A stretch of 62,969 nt of DNA, the filler included, from Chiloscyllium plagiosum (lineage: Eukaryota): NCBI RefSeq assembly GCF_004010195.1. It is 4 parts of one record of this genome, joined end to end, with 100 filler letters (N's around TTAATTAATTAA, not from the genome) between each part and the next. Parts side by side here need not be neighbours in the genome. Positions count along the whole stretch, not along the records: positions 47,902 to 62,969 come from NC_057713.1; 3 more parts are not named here. One strand, 5' to 3'. The notes under the pieces were generated by a model that ran no database searches, was not told where the DNA came from, and was given only the letters and a program-made list of their open reading frames with translations. The stretch's first letter is position 1. Each line of letters starts with the position of its first letter. Positions 52,780-62,969 of this stretch are shown here, one piece after another. The position numbers were made by a program, and so were the translations under genes.

Positions 52780-53700
52780 CCCCCATCACACTAGTTTAAA
52801 CCCTCCTGAATGGTGGTAGGAAACCCCTCTGCCAGGATATGGACACTCGCCTCCAGTTTAGGTGCAACCCATCCTTCTTGTACAGGTCCCACCTGCCTTG
52901 GAGGATATCTTAGTGATCCCCATATCGGAAGCCTTCCCTCCTACACCAGCTCTGCAGCCAGATATTTAATGATGTTATCTTTCTATTCCTGGCCTCACGA
53001 GGAAGTAATTCTGAGATTAGAACCTTTGAGGGGGTTTTCAACTTCCCACCTAATTCCCTGAACTCTGTTTTCAGGACCTCATCTCTCTTGCTGCCAAAAT
53101 GGAGCAAAACTTCTGGCTGCTCACCCTCCCCACTCAGAATATCATGTGCCCACTCAGAGACATCCTTGGCCCTGACACCAGGGAGGCAGTACATTATCCT
53201 GGAATCTTGTTCACGACGACAGAAATACCAATCTGTGCCTCTAAATATAGAATTCCCTATCAGTAGCACTCACTTACACTTCAACCCTCCCTGCTGTACA
53301 ACAGTGTCACAATGGTGCTACTGACTTGCTTTCCACTGAGAGGCCATCCTCCCCCAGTATCCAAAACGGTTTAACTGTTTGAGGGAGAATGGCCACAGAG
53401 GACTCTGGCACTGACTACTCTCATTTTCACATCTTCCTGGTGCCCACCCAACTCTTCTCTGTCAGTGTAGGCCTTACACTTGGTGTGACTAGCTCACTAA
53501 ACGTGCTACCCCATAACTTTATCAGCTTCATGGATGCTCCACAGTGATTCCATCGGCAGCTCCAGGTGCTCAATCAGGTGCTGCAACTGAACACACTTCC
53601 CGCATACATGGTCACCATGGAGACTGGATTTGTCCATGATTTCCCGCATATTGCAGGAGGAGTATTCCACAGAGCTGAATTGTCCTGCCATTGTCGACTA
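52780..53700 (-). mobile_element. CR1 ORF1 remnant (zinc finger plus SGNH/esterase-like domain)
   Basis: SSCNMREI...HVCGKCVQLQ and LLIGNSIFRGTD...CLPGVRAKDV...VLLHFGS. Confidence 0.85.
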
Positions 53701-54804
53701 AACCAACCCTATCAACTATAGACAATAATCCAGGAGTTGATTACACAACCTTACCCACTCATCACCAAACTCCGGTCTCTCACTCTAACTCTCTATTCCT
53801 AGCAGACTACAACCACAAACAGTAATACCTTATATCTCTCCAGACACAATTCAGTTAGTCTGCAAACCTGGTACATGAGCACCCAAACACCAGTCACTTT
53901 TTGAGTCGTAATGTCACCACTGGCATTCTGCCCCTAAATTCACCCCCAGGTTCACTCTGACCCTGTTTCTCAGGTAGTTATCCTGCTGCTGTTGATCACC
54001 CCAATGGCTTTCCACAGCAACTCCTTTTCTTGGTAATACCCAACATCACTTGTATTTTATGCAAGTACATTACAAATATTTTGTGTGTTAATTTTGAAGC
54101 TTCAAACATTATCACAATGCCGCTGGATGATCACTGCTGACTGCTTTTGACAACCTCCTAATTTATCAGCTCAGATCAATCTTCACATGTGATCATATTG
54201 TGGTGCAATTAGAAGCAGAAAAGTGCTTACTTTAAATTAGAGAGACAGTGGTGATACGTTACAGATGTGTATGGGCAAAGGCCTGCTTGGTTTGGTTCCT
54301 ATTTGTGATTTTGGTGTACTTGTAAATACTTGACACAAACCAACGTTCGAACATGTTCCCATGTGTAACTCACTCTGACCATCTGTCCTGTGTGCTCTTT
54401 TTTACAAAGGGACTTGCTGTAGCCCTGAACAGACAGATGAAAAGGCACTGCATTGTCCTTTACCACATCATTCAGACCGGCCTGTGATTGAAAGAACATC
54501 CATACCATAATGCATTACCATAATTCTTCAGTCCTGCCTACTATTAATCATTTTGCAGAGGCCAAAATGTGCTGGAGAATGTCAAATAATGGGTTCACTG
54601 AAGGTTTGGTGCAAGAAGTTTGAAAGCTGGGCAAACCCATTAGCTCAAAAAGCACACAATAAGAAAATTGTTAATTAAAAATAATGATATGTGTTTTCCT
54701 TGGAGTATTGTTAATAGATTTTACAAGATAAGGTGCTGACGATCTAATATTAGCTTGATTGGGCTTTATTAGTGTCAGTTTTCTTTATGTAATGCATATG
54801 GTTT

Positions 54805-54823
54805 GATTGCCCCCTGCTGGCAG
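54805..54823 (-). promoter_or_regulatory. Candidate CTCF-binding motif
   Basis: Minus strand CTGCCAGCAGGGGGCAATC is a close match to the CTCF core, in repeat-poor AT-rich DNA. Confidence 0.6.
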
Positions 54824-57129
54824 ATAGCATTTAATACAAACAACAAACAGAAACAGGTTCAAAGCTGAAAGAATTATTCTGTAAAATTGAACTGAGGTCC
54901 CAGATAACAGAGCATGATGCTGTTAACATTATTAAATTAAATCAATTCAAAAACTCACTGATCTCAAACATATTTTGGAAATGGAGAAATAGGAATAGTA
55001 AAGTGTAAATAATAAAGTATAGTTAGCAGTGAGTATGATTTGAGAATTGTCAACAAACGTGCAAACAAATTTAGTTTGATGAAGTTACAATGAAGCTGCC
55101 AGGGTCTTCATTAGGATAGTCTGATCTTCTGATGTACCACATGGTGTGTTAAGTTTAATTTATATGAGAAATTTTCAAATTACTTTGTTTTACTGAAGAA
55201 ATAGGCAGATATTTGCACATATTCACCGACAGCAAAGTTGTTCACATTTTTCCAATGACCTTTATTGTGACCTTTCACTTATCTGCCACCATCCACAAGA
55301 TGCACTTCAGAAATTCACTAAGGCTCCTTGGGCAGCACATTCCAAATGTACAACCATTACCCATACCAAAGACAAGGACAGCAAAAAACTGGGAACACAA
55401 CCATCTTCATGTCCCCTTCCAGACCGCTCACCCTCCTGACCTGGAAATGTATCAACATTCCTTTACTGATGCTAGGTCAAAATCCTCGAACTTCCTCCCA
55501 ATCATCACTTCAAGTGTATCAAGAGAGGGGCAATAAATGCTATCCCTGCCAACAATGTGGACATCCCAATGAGTTTATTTTAGAAAGTTGTTTGATTGTA
55601 AAGAACCTGAATATTGCTGGAAGAAGAGACATGTAATTCTTAACATATCTGGGATTCTTTATGTGCTATCCATCACATCCAACTGAGACATTGCAAACAT
55701 GGGCTGGCTAAGTTAGGTCACTCATCTACACGTGCAAGTAGCTGAAGGGACATGTTTATTGATAAGATCTGCCAGATATTGGAGCATACAGGCTACATTT
55801 CTAGCAACAAATTGACACTAAAATTCATATAACAAAATTATGTTGCAGTTTTAATGTACAAAGAATCTATGCAATGTCATAATCAAAATATGATCATAGA
55901 CAGATATTCCAAAAACTCAGTCAAAGGAGTTAAGTTTCAGAAAGTGTTTGCAGAATGAGAGAGATTGAAGAGGTGAACTGGTCTCTGGAGGGAAATCCTG
56001 AGTCAAAGTAAAGGCAGCCATAATTGGGCCAACGGAACAGGACAGGATGTGCACCCAGAGAGTGATGGAGGTGGCTGGTAACGTTAGAGGTGATTTAGAG
56101 ATAAGGAGTCTTAAGAATATGAACAAAGTTAGCATGAGGGTGATAGGCTGCAATTACTGACTTTGGAGTACAGAGAGATGGGAGAAGGTGTGATGAAATG
56201 TTCAATAAAAGAACATTTTTAATAATTTAAATAAGGAGAAATTATTTTCAACAACTGAGTTAGAGAATACAGATTAAAAGTGATTGGCAAACCCAGGGGC
56301 AACATGAGGAAAAAACTTTTTTTGCAACCATTTGTTAGGAATAAACTGCCCAGTAAGGTAATGGATATAAATTTAGTCGTCATCTTCAAACCAGAATTAG
56401 ACAAATACTTGAAGAAGAAAGTGCTGCAGGAATAAAAGGAACAATTGGCACTTCCTGATGACACAGATAATGGGGGCTTTTGGGCTCAATTTATCCTGAA
56501 ATATTCTAAGTTTGTAAAGAATGCCTAGATTTAAAATTGTGATACACTTTAACATTGAAGCAGTAGCATAAGAAAAAAATCTTATAGTTTCTTTAAAATA
56601 TCTGTGGAATCTGTAATTGCTTTTATGAATTTTTGAGAAAAGAATTTTAAGAATTTGTGACAATTGGAAAGGAATCAATTTTACTTTCCTTGAATAGTAA
56701 GAATTTTGTTCCATGTGATCTGAAGATCATTGACTTTGATGCAGTGTCAGTTGAAAAGACACTATCATTGGAATACCATGTGACCAGACACAAAGTACAG
56801 CTGCAACATAAGGAAGATCAGAGAAGGTATACTTACACTGAGCAATTTATGTATTATGCTGTTCAAAATGACAAAGAATAAACAAAGATTGTGAAACAAT
56901 TTTCCTGCCCTTGCTTCAGTTTTCTCAGAGTTGATCAAATTATTTAATGGGATTTATTAAAGGGCTTGAATACATGTGTCATTGGCGCATCTGTGCCCTC
57001 AAAACTGTCATGAGCCTAACTCACTCTACAGGATTCTGCCATCCAAGTGCTAAGCATATCCAACTTCCCAGCTGACCCATGTCCTGCTGTATCCTTTGAT
57101 AACCTTCTCATGACCTACAATTGTTTTGT

Positions 57130-59640
57130 CGGGGTCCCAGCACTGATCCCTTTGGAACACCACTGTTAACAGACCTCCAGTCAGAAAAACATCCCTCCAC
57201 CACTACCCTCTGCCTTCTATGACCAAACCAATTTTGTATCCAGCTTAGCAACTCATGGTGAATTCCATTTGGCTTAATCTTCAGGAGTAATGAGGGACAT
57301 TGTCAAATGCCTTAATAAAGTTCACGTGGATGATATCTACCACCCTCCCCTGATTAATCATCTTCATCATTTCCTCAAAAAACTCAATCAAATTTGTGAG
57401 ACAAGATCTCTCCTGCACAAAGCCATGCTAACTATCCCTATTAAGCATTTGTTTTTCCAAATGCAAGTAAATCTTGTCCCTAAGAAGCTTCTCCAATAAT
57501 TTCCTAACCACTGATGTAAAGCTCACTGATTTATAATTTCCTGGATTATCTCTGTTGCCCTTCTTAAACAAAGGAATAACACTGACTATTCTCCAGTCTT
57601 CAGGGACATGGCCTGTGGCTAAAAAGGATTTAAAAAATCTCTATCAAGGCCCAAGCATTCTCATTCCTTGCCCCCTTCAGTATCCTGGGATAGATTATAT
57701 CAGAACCTGGGGACTTATCTATCATAATGTGTTTCAAGCACCCAATATTTCCTCCTCCTTAATATCGTCATGCCCAGAATATTAACATACACATCCTTAA
57801 TTTTACCATCACCCATGTCCTTGGTGACTACCTATGTGAAGTATTCATTAAGGACCTTACCCACTTCCTCTGGCTCCACACATAAATTCTATCCTTTATC
57901 CTTAAGTAGATATACCCTTTCCTTAGTTACACTCTTGCTCCTGATATTAGTTTAATACACGTTGGGATTCTCCTTAATCCTTCTGCCAAGAACATTTTAT
58001 GGTCCCTTTTAGCTCTAGTGAAGAAGACATTTGGCATGCTTTCCTTGATTGGTCAGAGTATTGAGTTTATAAGTTAGGAAGTCATGTTGTGGTTGTACAG
58101 GACATCAGCTAGGCCACTTTTGGAATATTGCGTGCAATCCTGATCTCCTTCCTGTCAGAAGGATATTGTGAAACTTGAAAGGCTTCAGAAAAGATTTACA
58201 AGGATGTTGTCAGGGTTAGAGGATTTGAGCTATAGGGAGAGGCTGAACAGGCTGGGGCTGTTTTCCCTGGAGCGTCAGGGGCTGAGGGGTGACCTTATAG
58301 AGGTTTATAAAATCATGAGGGCATGGATAGGATAAATAGACAAAGTGGGAGAGTCCAGAACTAGAGGGCATAGGTTTAGGGTGAGAGGGGAAATATATCA
58401 AAGGGACCTAAGGGGCAACTTTTTCACACAAAGTGGTACGTGTATGGAATGAGCTGCCAGAGGAAGTGGTGGAGGCTGGTTCAATTGCAACATTTAAGAG
58501 GCATTTAGATGGGTATATGAGTAGGAAGGGTTTAGAGGGATATGGGCCAAGTGCTGGCAAATGGGACTATATTAAGTTGGGATATCTAGTTGGAATGGAT
58601 GGGTTGGACTGAAAGGTCTGTTTCCATGCTGTACATCTCTGTGACTCGATGCTTCCTTTATATTCCTCAAGGGCTTTGTCTGATTTCAATTTCCTAAACC
58701 TTACATATATTTCCTTTCCCTTTGTGACTAAACCTTTAGTATCTCTTGTCATTTCCGGTTCCTGAATCAGGCCATCCTTATCTTTTATCCTCCCAGTAAC
58801 ATGCTGGTCCTGAACTCTGATCAACTGGCCTTTAAAAGTTTCTCTTCATACAGCTTTCCCCAACATATATTCCCCAGTTTCTGCCTAAAATGTTTTAATT
58901 AGCTTTCTCCCAATGTATCACCTTCACCCAAGAACCATTCTTTTCCTTGTCCACAACTACCTTAAACCTGACAGAATAATGATTACTGTTCCAAAATGCT
59001 ACCCCACTGAAACTTAAATCAGTTGACCAGGCTCATTCTCCAAGACAAGATCTAGCACAGACCTATTCCCTAGTTGAACTATCTAAATTTTGATTTCAGA
59101 ATCCCTTCTGAAAGCACCTAACAAATTCTGCCCCATCTAAGGCCCGCCACTAAAGGATCCCTGTGAATATTGGGGATGTTAAAGTCACCCACTACCACAT
59201 CCTTGTTGTTTTTAACACCTTTACATGATCTGCTCACACATCTGTTCCTCTGTCTCCTGCTGGCTATTGGGAAGCCCATTGTAGTGTTTGCACCTTTCTT
59301 ATTCCTGTTCTACCCATATGGCCTCACTGGATGAGCCCTCCAAGATGTCATCTCTGAAAGCAACTGTGACATTCTCTCTAATCAGTAATGCAACTCCCCC
59401 CACCCCTTTTATATATCTTGTTATCTCACCTGAAATATCTAAACCCCGGAATATTGAGCTGCCAGTCCTGTCTGTCTCTCAACAAAGTTTCTGTAATAGC
59501 TACATGTAGTCCCATGTAATAATCCAGGCTCTAAACTCACCTGTGTTACCTGTTATACTCCTTGCATTAAAATAAATACATTTCAGAGTGCCAGTCCCAC
59601 CATGTTCACCAACCAGGCCCTGCCTGTGTGTTCTATTATT
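57130..59640 (-). mobile_element. CR1 LINE (endonuclease to RT) with an oppositely oriented younger CR1 3' fragment at about 58015-58650
   Basis: LKCIYFNARSI at about 59550-59585; reverse of GVPKGSVLGP at about 57130-57165. The nested plus-strand copy has a CR1 tail. Confidence 0.88.
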
Positions 59641-60350
59641 CTCACTATTGGATTTGCTCAGCAATTGGATCATGACTGACCATGGGAGCATCGAAACTCT
59701 TTAGGTGACATCATCATTCTTTTGGTGAGAAATTTTCTTCAAAACTTCCCACATAAATGACAGGCCCAAAATTCTGAACATCCAATTTTATCATACATGC
59801 CAACACTGAAAATCGTAAAAGAAATGCCTGACATGATCCAGATAAATGCTTTCAAGGTGTTAGTGTTTTTAAATTACATGGATACAGTGCGATATAATGC
59901 ACACAGAAGCTGCCTGAATATTAAACAGTTGGCTTTTAGATTTGCTAGTCACAGGTATAATATGGACTTTGTGCTGCACGGTTCATTTCTGAGGAATTGA
60001 TATTGATGCAGGTATTTGGGAATATAGGAATACAAGTAGAGAATTAGGCCATTCAGTCCATCAAGACTATTCTATCTCCATTTGTTAAGATTAAGGCTGA
60101 CCTTTGTTAGTATTGTGGATTTAATTACTTTAAAGTTTATCTCCCTGATGTGATTGATTTATTATGCACAATGTAATTCTAAAAGCCATGCTTTATACAA
60201 TACACAAAAATACAATCATTGAAATTTACATTTATTCAATAGACTTAAATTAAATTTTTAAACTAATTCATCTAGTTATAGTTAAACACCCTTGACATTT
60301 GACCACACTATTGCATCATTCTCTCATGCCATTCCTGACTCTCAGCTTTA

Positions 60351-60705
60351 GGGAGGAGACAGTGAGGTCTGCAGATGCTGGAGATCAGAGTTGAGAGGGT
60401 GGTGCTAGAACAGCACAATGGGTCAGGCAGCATCTGAGGACAATAGACAATAGGTGCAGGAGTAGGCCATTCTGCCCTTCGAGCCAGCACCACCATTTAT
60501 TATGATCATGGCTGATCATCCTCAATCAGTATCCTGTTCCTGCCTTATCCCCATTACCCTTGATCCCACTATCCTTAAGAGCTCGATCCAACTCTTTCTT
60601 GAAACTATCCAGAGACTTGGTCTCCACAGCCTTCTGGGGCAGAGCATTCCACACACCCACCACATGGAGCAGGAAAATTGACCGTTCAGGCAAAAGCCCT
60701 TCATC
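60351..60705 (-). mobile_element. Penelope-like short family A copy split by a CR1 tail (about 60440-60663)
   Basis: The family A body at 60351-60439 resumes at 60666 with ggagcaggaaaattgacc...gcccttcatcagaac. The inserted CR1 tail matches 34805-35025. Confidence 0.8.
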
Positions 60706-62865
60706 AGAACTCTCAGCTTCACCCTGTTCACTTGCCCTCACCCTCACCTTCACCCTCTTCACCATAATCATGGTTTCACCACTTTCGCCCTGCTGACCAG
60801 TTCCATTATCACATTAAACTGAAAGCAGATATCTAAGATATAAATTGGAATGCTATTTGTGATTCACAGACTCAATCCATTCAAACAAATTACTTGACCA
60901 TAGAATATGTTGGTAACAATCAGTAGATAAAAGTGACCATGGAAATAATAGGACAACAGTCATGTTGTATTTGTATTGGTTTTCAGGGATGTGTCAAGTG
61001 CAGGTTTTCATCTGTAGAGGGAAAATGCTTACTCTCAGTCCACTGGGTTTGCGTAATTTTCTCTAGGCCAATATGCCTCCATATGCACAGAGCTGCCTCA
61101 TCTGTCCAATGACAAGTGCATTTTATCTGTTTCAGTAAGAGAGCAGGTGTGGACACGATGACTGTGTCCTGTGGGATACTGGCACTGGGTTTGTGCTAAT
61201 AATCACAGACTGACTGTAATGTTTCACATTGCCTAGAAAACACTAAGAGAGATGCTGTTTTGCAAATATAAATTATTGGCTTGATGTGAGAAACTCTTGA
61301 TAGTATTCCACCTTTAATTCAATTTCAGTTTGGAAGAATTCTCCTTCAGGGAGCTTCATTTTCTCTGATGGCACACTGGTTAATGCACTTGCATAGCGCT
61401 CCTTTGTGTGTTGTTTTAACAGACATTAATTCCTTTATTTTAAACAGTGAACAATTAATTAAAATAGTGTACAAAGGAATGCAAATACCTGAACCAGAAC
61501 ATTACCAGATGAACTATCCCAAAGTAACAAATAATTCTATCAGCACTCTCAAGTTTCAATTCAATTAATACACTATTAAAATAAAGCTTGACACTGACTT
61601 GTCATTGGCTCCAAATCAAAGCCTGAAGTTATTTTTGAACAGATGTTTTAAGTTTGAATGTTTAATGCACCAGATGGATTCTGGCAGCTTTTCATTTTAC
61701 CTCTTTATTGAAAATGTCAGGAATTTCAATTATTTTGAGACAAGTTTGCAGCTCATCAGCTGCTACAGGTGAAACATCTCAAGCACAACTTAAACAGAAT
61801 GGTTCATTGCCCACTTTATAATTTTAGTTCTCTAATATAGCAACTAATATGAATGCACTTGTTTGCATAATGTATGTTAAATATCTTTGGGTCCCTTTGA
61901 TGTAATTTTAATAATTGAAATACTGTTGTAACTCAATTAAATATATTTTCAAGTCTGGATCAGACATTTAAACTACCATACAGTATATACTCTTTCTCCA
62001 CAGTTTACTAAAATTACAGTTGAAAACATATCAATATAATTCAACCCTCCAGAATAATAATTTTCTATTAAAACTATATTCACCACAATCTGATAAAACT
62101 CTGATATGTTCCAGTATATTGGAAACAATTTCAATACTAACATCATCTACAAAGCCTTGCAATTCCAACAGTTCTATTTTCTTGGTGGAAGAATTTTAGC
62201 AGGTCTGCACACCAACAGAGTCCTGTATTCAGTTGTTTTGAATTTCAAAATCATTGTTGAGGAATTTGATCACAATCTTACAGTAAGTTACACAGCCAGA
62301 TTTTCCCAAACATTTTGGGTAGTGAATTTCTATTGGGCTGATTTAATTTCACAAGATTGTTTTGGGAGGAGACCAATGAAGCTCACAAAGATATAGAGAA
62401 AATGTCGATACATGCAACTCTGTGGATCCTTGCATATGCTTAGATGACTGCATAAGCAAGCAGTTGGAAGTGAGAGAGGCAGAGTAGAGTTGTGGACAGT
62501 TCTTCCTGGATGCTCAGTAACAGTTACAGTCCTGCTAAGCAGGGCTCTAAAGCTGGACCTTCAGAGTCACAAGAAAGGCTCAAATTAGATCAGCATCAAA
62601 AAGTGTACCCATAACTCCAAGTTCTCTGAAATAGTATTGGGTCAAGGGCTCGGAGTGGATGGGTTCAACCAGGACATGGGCATAGCCATGCCTTAGGGAT
62701 TTGAGGCAGGTAACTCCTTCATTGAAAGAGTGACCAATCAGATGGGAAGTATTTGTGGCAAATCCTAGGGGGGGAGCTGAAGGTCACAGGATACATGCCA
62801 CACACTGTAGCATGGCCCAGTGATACAAACTGCACAGAATACATGCCACACACTGTAGTGTGGCC

Positions 62866-62969
62866 TAGAACATAGAACATAGAACATAAAACAATACAGC
62901 ACAGAACAGGCCCTTCGGCCCACGATGTTGTGCCGAACATTTGTCCTAGCTTAAGCACCCATCCATGTA
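62866..62969 (-). mobile_element. Young CR1 3' tail, cut by the window end
   Basis: (agaacat)n tail; matches 25555-25656. Confidence 0.9.

Overview
Repeat-rich vertebrate genomic DNA, most likely from a shark. That is inferred from HE1/V-SINE copies and CR1 (HER1-like) LINEs. The only host gene I can support is RAB2A on the minus strand, with three internal coding exons (46874-46956, 41128-41220, 39537-39648) that have canonical AG/GT sites and splice in frame. The other RAB2A exons were not found. The rest is decayed and nested retroelements: CR1 LINEs, L2/Rex1-type LINEs, several SINE families, and many Penelope-like element (PLE) fragments. The PLE terminal repeats carry minimal hammerhead-ribozyme motifs. 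Nearly all listed ORFs are transposon fragments or noise. Three 100-nt N-TTAATTAATTAA-N spacers are assembly artefacts. Most notable: (i) hammerhead cores in several PLE families, with insertion junctions that repeatedly fall at the ribozyme's 5' edge; (ii) two local inverted-duplication scars (18543-19068, and 36193-36264 vs 37312-37383); (iii) two strong CTCF motifs; (iv) inverted SINEs flanking a frame-symmetric RAB2A exon. I cannot support a wholly new gene system. Repeat boundaries are approximate unless a target-site duplication (TSD) is quoted.
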